Counted from the first letter of the whole stretch, positions 38,735-52,724 are shown. The stretch is 58,156 nt of DNA, filler included, from Sluysia triapertura (GCA_046118255.1; 4 parts of 4 records of this genome joined end to end with filler, not necessarily neighbours in it); one strand, 5' to 3'. A program made the numbers and translations. The notes: a model not told the origin generated them from the sequence alone.

Positions 38735-41417
38735 TTTACTATTTAATTCCGTAAAAATACCAGAAAACCCCACTATCATAAAATGTAAAAAATATAAAAC
38801 ACAGCACGCGAGATGTTCAATTAATTCCATAATCCATTTATGATATAAATCAACATCTTCTACCTGTTCGATTAAAACCATAACTTCATATATTAGTTGT
38901 GAAATTGCAATTTCCAGACCAACTGATTTAGATCCCTGATAATATGAAGATTTAATAAATTTTACTCAATAATTAAAATTAGTCAAAAAATTTAATTTAT
39001 TGTTTTGCATTCTTTCAGACAATAAAATTAACAATATTTATATTTTAAAACATTAAAAATTAGATCTATCTAAAACTTTTACTCTGCTATAAACGAGTAA
39101 AAGTACTTAAATTATCTCTATTTATTTGTATTTTATTACTAAATAAACTAGATATTTTGTATTAGTGAATTACATCGACATTTTATTTAACATTTAAATA
39201 CCATAATTTTGTCAGTCGCACATCCTTAACTAATGATAATAATAAACATAATATTTAATAATAAAATAATAAATATAACGTCAATAAATAATATTTTAGT
39301 TAAAAAATTATTATTTAAAAACATTGTTTAACGCCTACATACAGTTATTATTAAAAGGCTGTAACACCAATTTTGAAATTCTGTTTAAGTAATATAAAAG
39401 AACACAAAATTTATAATATTCGAGTTGAGAATCATTTCTATTACATCAAAAACTATCTGGAATAGAGGTAAAAATAAATCAAATTAAACCAGAATCACAT
39501 AATTTGTAATCATCGCAAGATTATCATTGTTGTGATTGCAATCAACCTGTATAGTGGATAACACGATTTTAAAAATTTGTTTATCCTCAAAAATTTTAAG
39601 TTTTATTGACATAGGTTTATCTTTAATTAAGCTAAATAACAAAATCGCCTTTAAATTTCAAAAACTTTCTAATCTAACTATAAAATCTATTTTTAAATAA
39701 AGATTAAATCTTAATATTTTAAATTATCATTATTTTATATTTTAATCTTGTTTATAACTATTTGCACTGCTCGAATAGCTAATTGTATTATTTTGTAATG
39801 TATCGAATTAATTGCATTGTTTTCTTGAATACAAAGTTAAATTGTTTTATTATGTACAATTGTTTTAAAATGTCGGGATATTTAATTTTAACCACGATCG
39901 TTATTTATACGAATAAGTGTTGTGTAACAAAAAGTTAAGCATTAATCAGTGTTACTTGAAACCGATGTTTTAATAAAATCAAACAAATAGTTTTACAAAT
40001 CGTGGGTTAATAATAACCAATATTAACTATAAAAACCAAAGTATGCTTTTGTAAGAATAAACTATTACGTACCTGCTATTCCAAAGTTAATAAAACAAAA
40101 CTAACTTAATTAGAAGTTTATCACTACAGATTACTAACAAAATAAAATAATCAGTTTACCAAAAAAGGTATTGAACGTTACTCTCAGATAATTTTTATTC
40201 CGTAGTTAAATTCCTATATGAGTGCCTTCTTTAGGATTTAAATTTAAATTTCATTTTGCATAAGGGTAGAAATAAATTTTTGTAATTTTAATAAGACTAA
40301 TAAGTTAACAAACAATCAATGTATGTGAAACAAAAATGAAATTTATGTTGACAATATGTTGAAAACATACTCCACGTGGTAATTCATATAAACTAATAGC
40401 TAAATCCATGGATCGTGATTGCATCAACAATTTTATGCACTCATCGATTTGAGACTTACTGATATTTTCTGAATACAAAACAGCTCCACGATTAATACTG
40501 ATATACATCAATTTCTTGTTTGCATCTAATCTAAAGGATCCATTTGATGAATGTGTCACACCAACCACTGGAGTGAAATAATGTCTACCTAAATCATACA
40601 TAAAAACACATAATTAAATCAAACAAAATGGAATTAATAATTTTGCTGGTTTTCTAAATGAATTCATAAATCTATTAATATCTCCTTCTAGTAATTTATG
40701 TGGATGTTTATCAGAATCGGTTGGTGAATAACACTTTAATAATTCATGCATTGCAAAATAAGCAGGCATATAATTATTTTCACGATCCATTAAACGTCTT
40801 ATTACCTAAATATATTATAAATTATAAATTGAAATACTTGTAAACAGAAATATATACATCTTTTTTCTTTTATTGTGATATTTTCAGGAAAACTGTGCGT
40901 TTTTTCTATACTTTTATTAAAAACTTCACGATTTGTCTAAATATAAATAATACTAATATGAATTACTTTATAATCCAACGATTTTAATTGCTCATTTAGA
41001 AAATTGTAGCAAGTACGAAAAAATTCTTCATTCGTTACTTTTAAAGATTCTGAACCAACTAACACAGTCACAACCCTTTTTCTACAATAAATCCCTTGGT
41101 CCATTAATATATTCAGAATATTAAATAATACATTTAATTTAATGCCATTTTTCTCTACAATGTAACAAATTAAATAATCTAAAGCATAGATTTCCTTAAC
41201 ATTAATTAAATTGTAAAAGTATATTTACATGATCTTTTGCAATTATGTCCCACTGATCCTTAATAACATTATTAAGCCAGAACGATTTAGTAGAAGTTTT
41301 CTCAATTGGAAAAGACGTATCATATGAAAACTATAAAAATAAAATATTTGTAAAAAATATTACATTAATGCTATCAACTAAATGCTCAATTAAATTTTGT
41401 AATCCCACAGGTAACAT
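38735..41417 (-). CDS. MED23: Mediator of RNA polymerase II transcription subunit 23, N-terminal ~361 codons (7 exons; 3' part not found)
   Basis: Exons 41417-41364, 41330-41229, 41194-40967, 40936-40838, 40805-40625, 40588-40371 and 38935-38735 are open and phase-consistent. The first five introns are 30-36 nt and the sixth is ~1.4 kb. Motifs LVGSESL, LDYKTNREVF..IEK, VIRRLMDRENNYMPAYFAMHEL, PHKLL...FMNSFRKPA, RHYFTPVV, SFRLD and EHLACCVLYF follow the MED23 N-terminus in order (human LINSDTL, VDYKGVRDLL..LEK, ILERNACLLPAYFAVTEI, PHWLL..FVDTFRPTA, GRCSLLPVV, SWKLD, QHLSSQLIFF; recalled from memory). Confidence 0.85.
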
Positions 41418-42699
41418 ATTTCTAATGATTAATAACAAAAATAGGGTTCATTAACTAATATAATTAGAAAGTTAAAATTAGTTTAAATATATCATCATTC
41501 TAATATATTATTAAAACAAAATTATAAAGTAGGCACCCGGTATATCAAATAATAGTAATGCTAATATATTAATATAATTTATTATGTAATTTTATTAATA
41601 TAATTTTATAATTTATTCTAATATAAATTTTTTAAAACCATTAATTATAATATATTCCTTATAAAATAAAGTTTAAAGAATGTTATATAAGTTTTCATTA
41701 GAAATGACAAAATAAAATAATTAATATATTTCAATGCTTTGTTCTTATAAATAATATTCTTTGGGAAAACATTTCATTGTGGGCATGATTTATAAATTAG
41801 AAATAATTCAAGTCAAGTAGTTATTCTAGTGTTTCTATGACTTAACCACGTTTGAGTAAAACATCAAAATGTATGTATTTTGTTAATTAATTTTTTCAAA
41901 AATTATATGCTGAATCTAAAATTTTCCCATAAACTACTTATAATTGTGTATGTTGTAAACTTTCTCTCTTCGATTCGGTTAGAAGGAATTTTGACATTAT
42001 TTTCGAAAGTAAACATTTTTACATGCCATGTTTAACGATTTATACTTGGAGTGACATTCTCTTAGGTTTTTATAAGAAATAAAAAACTAAGTAGGTCCTT
42101 TAAGAATTTCTTATCTGATTGGCTTATTATTCGTTTAATTCAATATTCTCGTTTTTCTTAATCTAAAAACCTAACCTACAGTAAAATAATTAATTATTAT
42201 GAGTTCGTTTACAGTATACGACTTACTAATGGCGTGAAAATTACGTGAAAACATTTATTAAAATTACTCGTACAAAAGTATTCTTTGACTTAACTTAACA
42301 ATAATGGGCAAAANNNNNNNNNNNNNNNNNNNNNNNNNNNNNNNNNNNNNNNNNNNNTTAATTAATTAANNNNNNNNNNNNNNNNNNNNNNNNNNNNNNN
42401 NNNNNNNNNNNNNCTTAGTTCTTTAATAACGTTCAACTTATTCTGTTATCCTAAGTTTTGACCCTTATATCGACCCTTATTCTTCACTAACCCCAACAGT
42501 TGTATATAATGAACATTTATTTGGTTAATGATTTGGAGCTTGCAACTATTATTAAATTTTACAAATATTAAATTATAATTTTATCTATTATTACAACTGA
42601 ACAAATAAATGAAATTTAACTTGCTTAATTCACGCGATGTATTAAAATTACAAAAATAAAGATTACGAAAAAACACTAATTTATTTTTTAGATACAAAG

Positions 42700-44030
42700 A
42701 CTTAATATTTAAATTTAATGTCATTAAATATTCTGCGATGTTTAGACATTGATTGCAACTTGAACATGCCATCAGGTCAATGATCCGAAGATTCCTTAAA
42801 TAAAATATATCAAAATAAGTTATTTATATAATGGAAATTAAAACTTACTTTGAATATTAAAATGTTCTCAAGAGAATTCAGTGAAGTATCATATTTTATT
42901 TGATTCTTGACGGTTGCAAGGTTCACGCCAGATTGGTTAAACTTCAAAGTTTCGAGAATGATATCTAAGCGGTTCATGCGTTGAGTATAAATGGACTTTC
43001 AAGTTTTATCATGGTTAATTTCTTTAATGTCGTGGTAGTATCTGCAGCTTCAACCAAATTTTAAGTATATGCCTAGTTCATTAGTTTGGAAGAGACACAG
43101 TGCTGAACAATAATGTGAAACCGAAGACGAATTTGGACTAATAGACGTCGGTTTAGTTATGTATCTTCTTTGATTACGAGAATTGATGCTTGCATAGGAT
43201 TTATTCTTTTGGTTTTCTTTAATGACAACATCGAGTTAAATCGTTGACCAACGACTTCTGTGAGAAGTTCGAATTTGATTGAATTGCTTGATAATTGATA
43301 TGATGAAATACTTATATCGGCAGTCTGTCGTTTCATAGTATGAATTCATGAGATTAACGTTTCTGACGAAAACGTTTTGAACATCATAAATAAATTCTAT
43401 TTGACTTTGGATGCTTAATGGTCTACATAATTGTCTAACATAAGAAATATTATTTGCTATAAATGAAGGATTTATGTGCAACACAGTAGGCATTGATTGT
43501 AGTAATCTGAATTTTAATTTAACTTCATGATGTCCTAAAGATTTCTCTGTAAGCAAAGACATGACATTTCGAATTTTGTTTATAATTTCATAAGAAACAT
43601 TTTGATATAAGGTACTAATATGATTGATCGTAAAGAAAATAAATTCAATCTGTTTTACATGAATACCACAATCAGTATTTAATATAAAATCTTTTTGGGC
43701 TTGATTACGAGTCTCTTTCAAGCAACTCCATAGAATAGTCAATATTTCGATTGATATTGGTAGTTGAATTTATGGTAGCGAATTTTTATATACATTTGAA
43801 CAGAATTTACTGCTTTTATTGAAGTTGAATTATAATTGTTGAGGTCTATAAAATAATCTAATACGAAATTGCTTAATGATGATGATAACTTTAGTTGGTT
43901 TTTAATAGAAAATAAATCGGAAATTTTTGTCAATTTAGTTAAAATTGGTTCTTTTTTATTTTCAGTGCCATAAAAATTTTTATTTGTGAAAAATTTGCTT
44001 ATTTTATTATTGAGAAATTTGTAACTTTTT
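42700..44030 (-). pseudogene. Degenerate gene with a decayed CCCH-type zinc finger
   Basis: Consecutive frameshifted ORFs (43933-43739, 43742-43236) are followed by LCLFQTNELGIYLKFG*SCRYYHD, then a GTAAG...AG intron at about 42795-42848. Confidence 0.4.
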
Positions 44031-44037
44031 AATAATC

Positions 44038-44368
44038 TGTCTAGACAAATTTTATTCTTAAATTCTAATTATTTTTTGTAAACCAATTATTGAGTTTTTA
44101 AACAATTTTATGATTGAGTGGCAGTTGTTAATCATTTTTTGTTGTGTACAGAAAATTTAAAATTTTTATTAGTTACTATTTTATGATTGGACGTCCACGA
44201 AGAGATGATAATAATTACAAAAGACATGCCACCGACTGGACGTCCAATCAGATCAAAATCTGACATCGGTAGACAGTTAACACGATATGTTGAGTTAACT
44301 TTAATTAATAATTGGTTTACAAAAAAATAATTACAGTTTCAAAAAATAAAATTTGTCTACTGATGACA
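44038..44368. mobile_element. ~330-bp TG..CA element with ~50-bp imperfect TIRs and two internal 16-bp palindromes
   Basis: The left end tgtc-tagacaaattttatt...ttttttgtaaaccaattatt is the reverse complement of the right end aataattggtttacaaaaaaa...aataaaatttgtcta-ctgatgaca. GATTGGACGTCCAATC-like copies lie at 44185 and 44234. Confidence 0.75.
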
Positions 44369-46989
44369 GAATATAGCATAAAATTTGTTACCATCCAGAC
44401 TTAATAATTAAAGCGATAAAATAAATAATAATAAAAATGATTACAATGATAATAATTATTATATTAAAAGAAGTAAATAATCTAAAATAATGATGATAAT
44501 AATACTAAGAAAATTATTTAAAACGCATAAATTCCTTGCTTTATTTACATGATATTGATTCTTTTAAAAATTAAGAATTTTCTTAACATATAAATAAATA
44601 AAATTCTTTGAAGTACTTTGGAAAAATTTAATTTATGAAGTTTCTTTCGTGATAAGAATGTTAAAAAAGGTTTTGAACTGTGAATTTAATGTTTTTTCTT
44701 GGAGTTACTGATTGAATGTTAAAGTTTTGTGAACTGAATATTTTGGATTAATTTTGTAGTTTTCTATGATAGTTTAAGATACAAATTGTCGTTCTAATGT
44801 TGTGGAATAATGAATAAAATGTTTTAAATGTGATATTATAATAAGATGATTATTTTTGAATTTTTTAAGTTAAAAAGATTTTGATAAATTCTGAAAAGTG
44901 AAATGTAAAATGTTAATACATGTGATAACGCAATTAAATAATTATTTTGAATTTTAAGTTAGAGGTTGGCCACCACAGTGACTACATAACTTCAACAACA
45001 TTTAAATTATACTCTTCGAATCCATACAATACTTTCATTACTATTGGACAAATTGAAATAGGTATATAAACGACGAAACTTGCATATGAAATCTCTCATA
45101 TAAATATAGATAAAATACATGTGTTAAAACTTGAATTAAAACTTGATTAAAATGAAATCTTGTATGTAAGCCGCACTTATACAAATAAAAAATAGAAAAA
45201 TCAAAGAAAATTATGTTGTGACTTATACTCAAAACTTTCAAATCCTGAATTTTCGAAATTCAATTCGCATTCATTGAGAAGCCTCACAAACTTCAACATT
45301 AGTGCGGCTTATATACAATATTTTAGGGTAAATATATTAAATATATTAAATATTTTATTTAATACCATCTCACAAAATGAAGTCAGTTATTGTTTATTGT
45401 AAACGATTTATATCCTTAGTGGAGACCTTTCTACTTGCAAGGTATTATTGGCGATTCTCTGTCTTTCGATTTCACTTATACTTCTATTTACCGAAACTTT
45501 CGTCTTATCTCGTTTATAGAAGTATCAGATTTTAACATACTAATATTATTATTCTCGAATTATTCGCTGTCATTACATATCTTTTAATTCGCTTTTTTGC
45601 AACCCTGTAATGTTCCAAACATGATTAATCTTATTTATAACTTTTTGGAGTTATTTTACACTTTATTTTTTATTTCGAAATGAATTATATTACAACGTAT
45701 ATTATATTATTAAGAGTCCGAAATAACTCTTGAGACACAATCAATGTTCATCTATCATATGAATTTTTTATCTAAAATTGTATTAGATATTTGGGAAATT
45801 AAAATATGTATTGTTATTAACTTCATTCGGTGATTGGAACACTGACACAGTTGAAAGAAGTACTTAAAATTTAAAGAATTCTATTTATATTTTGACTTGG
45901 GTTTCTAAAATTACAACTTTTCAATTATACCTCGTTGTTTTCATTTCATAAGTGCGATTTAAATTTAAATTAACCTACAATTAAACGGATATAATCTACG
46001 ACAAACGTAGCTTTAAAGAAATCATACCTGCTGCGGTTTTTCTAACACTTAATCTACAGTAAACGTCTTACATCGTATAGTTGGTGTTCCTGTAACTTGA
46101 TAAGTCAATTAATACTTTAGTCTTAATCGTAAACTTTAAAGCTGCTAATCAATTTAATGCTTATTATATACCTAAGGTTCTATAGACAATGCTTATCTTA
46201 ATACAATTAACAATGAAATAAAACCACGAATCAAAAACTTTATTATTCAATGGTTTACAAAGATTATGTAATTTTAAAATAAAATTGTTTGTAAAGATTA
46301 TAGTTAAAACTGTTTTAGTCTTTATCTTTCTATTAATAATTTAGTTTACCTCTATTCTATCCCTCAACTTAGTTTTTTCTTTAGAAAAATTAAATTTACT
46401 TGTATTTTAAGATACTAATTTTCTTAATCAAAATTAGTATCACTTTACAAAAAAAACTTTTCTCCAAATTGATTTTATTGACGTTCTGTTTTTAAATAGA
46501 ACCTATAAAAATAGAAATTTAAATGAAAATTCCAAATGTGTTAGGTATTATTTTAGTACAACGTTGAAACTATGTAAATTATGATATTTTATTGATGATC
46601 TATATTAAAAAGATCATTTGATAATTTAATTTTGTATTGTTATTGTAAAAAGATTCGAATATACTTAATACATATATATTACACAAATTACTGTTTAAAA
46701 TAAATGGTTGTTAATAAAGGTAAGAATACACAGTTATAAAAACAAATTTTATCACAAATGACAGTTTATCTCGATCACGTCTCCTCAAGAGGTAAAACAG
46801 CTGTACACTCAAATCATAACTTTGTCATAATATTTCGCATTCAAACGTTAATTATAAAACTATATTTTTCCTTATTTAAGTTTATTAAGATTTTAATTAA
46901 TTAATCTATTTTTAGAATTTATCTTATTTTATTCTCAAAGATTTTATTAAGGTTCTAAAATTGTTTAGTACTTCATAAGGTATTCAGGT

Positions 46990-47330
46990 GATTTTAGACG
47001 GTTTCAGCTTCATCACTCCGACTCATTTATATACTTCTATGCCAATTATTAATGTTTCAAATTTGTTTTTAATATTATTAACAACGGTATAATTTCACCA
47101 ATATTTTACATAATTTTCCATGTTAATCAAAGGTCTTAAACGCTTAGATGGTATCAAAGTGCACAAATTACTTAATATTACTTCATTTATTACAAATTAT
47201 TGTACTGCACTTTATATATAAATTATTGCCTGGGAAACATCACATTTTAATTTTCAAGTGAATGCATTATTACAAACCATATTTTTCATAGAAGAATTAT
47301 TTTTACTGAGTGCAGCTTTTGCAATTTTTG
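46990..47330 (+). pseudogene. Possible class-B/adhesion GPCR TM1-TM3 relic
   Basis: Reads LIKGLKRLDGIKVHKLLNITSFITNYCTALYI*IIAW...LLQTIFFIEELFLLSAAFAIF. This has hydrophobic segments and an IHxNL-like His, with one stop and a frameshift. Confidence 0.3.
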
Positions 47331-48279
47331 TATTAAATTAAGTTATTATTATAATTAATGCGATAGGACATACTTTTTGTTTTATTTATATATTTTATTA
47401 ATTTCAGTCTTATTAAATTTCGAAACCATTCGAATCAAATGTAGCAGTTCCTTCAACCGAAACATTTTGGAATTTCTAATGCAAAATGTCTTTAGAAAAT
47501 AATGAATCTAATGATATTTACAAAAACCAGCAATATTTTATTTAAATGTCTGACATAATTATTTGATGTAAATATTTAGTAACTGTCAAAAAACAATTTA
47601 TCAGAAAAATTTGTTTACATCAAATATGGTTTAAAATATCTGATAAATATAAAAAAATCAGCAAAATAAATATAAAAAATATCAAAAATTGTCATTTTGT
47701 CTAATTTTTTTCATAGCTATTAATGAAACATAAAAATCTTTAAAATTATATTACATATGTAATATTAAAACATATCATTCAATACAAATTATAACTTACG
47801 AAGGGTAATTATCCCAAAGTAAATGTTAAAATTATAAATTATTAATTAACAATCGACTTTATATGGCACTAATATAATATAAAGTTACACAAATCAATTA
47901 AAATCAATGCATTCAATTTTAAATAAAGTAATAATCAGTCTTTATCTGATGATAAATCCAATCTATTGCAGGGCTTTTCGCTCAATGTTATTAGGTAAAA
48001 TATTATATCTAGTTGTAAAATTAGTACGAAATCAATTCGCTTATATAGTACATTTTTAATCATGTTTTTGGACTTCACTTTATAACTTATAACATAAGAA
48101 GATTATTTTCAATGCGTAATACGTCAATGTCACGTTTTTTTATTAAGTAAACATCAGGTTCTGTATCGTACTTCACTAAGAATACATTATGTATATATTT
48201 TTATTTGTCTGATTATTCGATGAGGTAATTCTTTGTTAACACTTTTATAATTAAAATAAGAATTTCTTGCATTATCTCC

Positions 48280-48933
48280 TGTGAGAATGGAAATGGAGAT
48301 GATTTGTGATTTTAATAATTACTCAAGGTTTACCTTAGTAATTTTCTCTTGATTTTAATTTTAAGTTAAGCAAGCCAATTTACGGTCATGCAAAAAGAAA
48401 AATATTTTGAGTAATATTTTAAACTTTCCTTACTAAGGTAAAGTTAATTTCTTAAGCAAAACGAAATTACTTTTATCATGGACAATGGAACAGATTCTGC
48501 GAGATCCTTCGAGCGATAAATTTTAACAATTGCTATTAATGTTATGACTTAATATTATGCTTTAAAGAAAAAATTACTACTATTTGTATTAATTCTTCTT
48601 CCACCATTTTGGAAATAGAATTTTCTTCAGATTTAAACAAAGTAATTTCTGGTTTAAAAATTAAAAACAAAAATTTTAATATATTTAGATATTTTAATCT
48701 TAGTTATTAAAAATTTAATATATTTTATTTTAATTTTAAGTATTAATCAATATTTTTATATTTTATATAATATTCATAACATTTATATTATTTGAAAAAA
48801 ATATATACTATTTTAATTCATAATATTTAATATTCGACAAAAATAAAAATATTTACAATATGCACAATTATTTATTCCTCAAATCAAATGTTTATTATTA
48901 AAATCACAAATCATCTCCATTTCCATTCTCACA
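48280..48933. mobile_element. Non-autonomous TIR element with TGT...ACA ends (Ginger-like)
   Basis: Perfect 40-bp inverted repeats at 48280-48319 and 48894-48933 (tgtgagaatggaaatggagatgatttgtgattttaataat). The flanks ctcc/cttc form an imperfect 4-bp TSD. There is no internal ORF. Confidence 0.75.
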
Positions 48934-50899
48934 CTTCGTTAATTTAAAGCAGAAGATTCTATTGTTTTACAAGCGGAACTTATTTCATTCATTGTATTAG
49001 TTTTCGAAAATATCACTTTGATCCAAATTTATTTTACAAAACTTATTATAAATAATTTAATTAAGTTAATTAACAAATGTTAATTAACCTTAAAACATGT
49101 TTCAAGATTTTTATATCTTTTTTAATGTGCTATCTAAATATATCATACATAAATGACAATGTCTAATTACCAAATTTCTTATTCGTTAATCATTCTTATA
49201 TGATGATTATTATTATGATTATTATTATTATCAATAATTACATTATAAACTATTTATATCAATTTGAGTATTAATTTTATAATTATTGTTAATTTCAATA
49301 ATTATTTCTATAATTATTATCATTTTATTATTAATTCTGTCACTAATTTTATTAATTTCATAATTATATAATTTTTATAATTTAACTTTTATTATAAATT
49401 TAATTTTTTATTTGCCATGATAAAATTATAAACGTTAAACAGCTAAAATAATAATAATCATCATTTAATTGTAAAAAAGCATATTAATAGCAGAATAATA
49501 ATCGTTATCATTAAACAAATATTATTATTAATAATAACAATAACAATAATATTCATATTTAAAGTATTAAAGTACTAAGTATTTTAATTCATTTACTCCA
49601 TAAACTTCAACTAAGAACTTTTAAGGTCACAATTCAAATTATTAGATAAATAAGTTCACAAAAACTTTCAACATAAAATTAAAATTTTTTCTGAAATACA
49701 GAAGTTTTCAATACATAGTTGTGAATAGGATAATTTGTGAATATTTCAAACAGTTAACACTTTAAAATTACTACAATTTCTTTAAAAAGAGAAAAGAAGG
49801 TTCTATACAAAATTGTTCATATTTATTTAATGCATTTTATCTGAAGCTCAATATTTGTTAGCACACAATTCCATTGAAGTTTAATATTAATACAATTCAT
49901 TTTCCTATCGAGTACATACACGATTTTACAAATTCAAATTAGAGAAAAATACTTCTAATTTAATCTCTGTTTAAGGTTAACTACATATATTTAAGTTTGA
50001 CTACATTTAAAGTAGTATAAAATAATGGATAAAATATTTTCATTAATAATTTTTGAATTGTATTTTGAAAAACAACTTAAACTTTCAATTAAAATTCATT
50101 AGTAAATTTTTAAAACTTCTTGGCTTTAAATCTATAACATTTATGCATTTATAAAATTCTTCTGAATTACATATATTGCATTTACTATTTTATTAAATCA
50201 AATTTGTTAATCAATTTATACTTTTGTAACGTTCTTAGTTGATTAAAATAACTTATCAACTTATCGAATAACACATACCACTTTTATTAAATCAAATTTG
50301 TTAATCAATTCCCCGCAAAACTATAAGTTTCAGCACAATATTTTGTTGTTCTACTTTAAGTAAGGAATAAAACTAAAGTTATAAAAATTTTATAGTTATA
50401 AATCATTTAAAATCTGTCGAATTGATCATTTTAAATGTTATTTTAAAAGATGTTAAATTACTATTTTCACGTCCTATTTTAAAGAAGGACTATTAATTTA
50501 GTCTAGTAATTACTAGAAACTTAATCCTTAACGAGTTATAAACTCAAAATTAATGCGCTGAACCTATAATATAAACCTATATTAGCAGTTATTGCAAGTA
50601 TAGATATTTAAGCTTGGTATGCATGTGGTGGCAAAACCATCACCTGGGGTCTTAGTACATCAAAAACATACAGATTTAAGAAACCACTATCAATAATACG
50701 AATCACACCTTTCTAAATCTTTTACTCACCTGCAAAATATTCAATATATATAAAATCTTATAATTTAAACATTACTGTTGTTATTTTTGCCATTATTATT
50801 GTTATTATCATTAGTGTACTTACACTATGTTTTTAGTACTGCGTCCTAAAATTCAATAATGTTAAGTTTCTTTGATTTCGGTTCTTGTAACCTCTGTGG

Positions 50900-51610
50900 A
50901 GTATTTTACGGAGTTCCAAAGGAAATTTAAATGAAACCGAAACATGTCAAGATTTTTATATAAACAAATCACCTAATAAATCAGTGAGACCGATACCTAT
51001 AACAATATATTTTGAAAAAGTTTTGCAACGTATTTTTATTATGATAAAGGAATGTTGTATTTCAAAGGTCTTTAAATTCTGTGAAGCTCCTTTATAAAGA
51101 AGAGTTTGTTCGTGTACAAAACAAAGCTGAGTTAACTAGAAAAGCTTGTTGTCAACCGAAGGTTTTAAAAAGATTAAGAGTGTCGACTTCACGTTAAATA
51201 TTGTATAAACATTGTGCCGGGTGTGGTATCGATCAAACAAATTCGGACATGTCTCATACCGTGGTAATTCGATTGATGATTTTGTAGCCGTCTTCGTTTT
51301 GTATCTGTCCTCCAGGTATTTGAAAGACGATACAGCAAGTTTAATTGTAATCCCTTCTACTTCAGTGAATATTGAGGTTGAAAGAGAAATTTTAAGAAAT
51401 ACATTAATACTTACTAACCTTAAGCCATTCTTTCAATACGAGAAGTACCTTAAGTGTGATAATTCTGATTTCAGTAAATATTCGATTGTGATATTGTATT
51501 CTAAGAAAATGAAGTGCGTTAATAAAAAAAGATAATTTGCGTGTTACTAATAGCTCTCAAGTTATTCAATTTTAGATCCAGAACTGACGGACGATTTCAA
51601 CAACACAACA
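50900..51610 (+). pseudogene. Insulin/IGF-receptor-like FnIII region, degenerate
   Basis: Across frameshifts, in order: KSPNK..PI..YNNIF*..., FKGL*IL, ACCQPK, DDFVAVFVLYLSSR, RNTLILTNLKPFFQYEKYLKCDN, then AG|PELTDDF. These parallel the IR/IGF1R motifs WKPP..PNGNITHY, CLKGLK, CCxCPK, EDYLHNVVF, ISNLRPFTLYRI...CN and ADDI. Confidence 0.5.
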
Positions 51611-52114
51611 TAAATACGGTTTTTTAAAATATTTTACATATTTAATACATTTTCGTATGCGTTGGTTTTTTAATTTTCTCTTACATGGTTCTATTTTGAA
51701 GCGAATAATTAATTATTTATTTACCTTAAGGAATATCCACATCAACTTTAAATTAAGTAATCGTAACAAAGTTTCATTTGTATTGATTTATGATAATTGT
51801 ACAAAGTTCTATTTGTATTAATTTATGATTTAATTTTATGTTGATGTACATATTTTATTATTTATTTAATTTTATACAATTCTGTTATTAATAATTATTA
51901 TTTTGAATTTATCTGTAAATTATAACCAACAAAAAATTATTAAAATAAATTGTTAACGAATAAAATTCTAAATAAAATATTTGTTTATAAATTTGTTTAA
52001 ATGCAATATTTATTTGAATTTAATATATGTCAAGGTTAATAACAAATTTTAATAACATAAACTTAAACTTTTTTAACAACATTTCAATAGTTCAGCACGA
52101 CGCAAGATTTCGAT

Positions 52115-52724
52115 TTTGTTTTAAAAGGTTTTTGAAATTCAATCGAAGAAGACAAATTTTAGAGGACCTCATTTGAAGAAAAAAATCACTACGAAATTTA
52201 ATGTCTTTAGTTTTATTTTTATAGATTGTGAGAAATATTTTAATATTGCAGAGAAAAATATACTTAAAATCTTTAATAAATTTTAGTAAGAAGGTAAAAT
52301 ACTTCTAAAATTTGATTTATATAAGATTATTAGTAGAAGATAACCTTGTTAAAATTTTATTATTATTATTATAGTTTATTATCTTTTATTTTAATATATC
52401 ATTTTTGTCTAATAATTATTTCATTTAATTTCAAGTTTGTTTTAAAATTTTTTTGAAATTCGATCGAAGAAGACATTTTAGAGGATCTCATTTGGAGAAA
52501 AAAATCACTACGAAATTTAATATTTGTCCTCAGTTTTATTTATATAGATTGTGAGCAATATTTTAATATTGCAGAAAAAAAAATACTTAAAGTCTTTAAT
52601 AAATTTTAGTAGCCAAGTAAAATACTTTTAAAATTTGATTTATATAAGATTATTAGTAGAATATAATCTTGTTAAAATATTTTAATATATCATTTTTGTC
52701 TAATAATTATTTCATTTAAATTCA
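52115..52724. repeat. Tandem duplication, two ~290-320-bp units
   Basis: 52115-52435 and 52436-52724 are colinear (gaagaagaca..ttttagagga..aaaaaatcactacgaaatttaat...catttttgtctaataattattttcatttaa). Confidence 0.9.
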
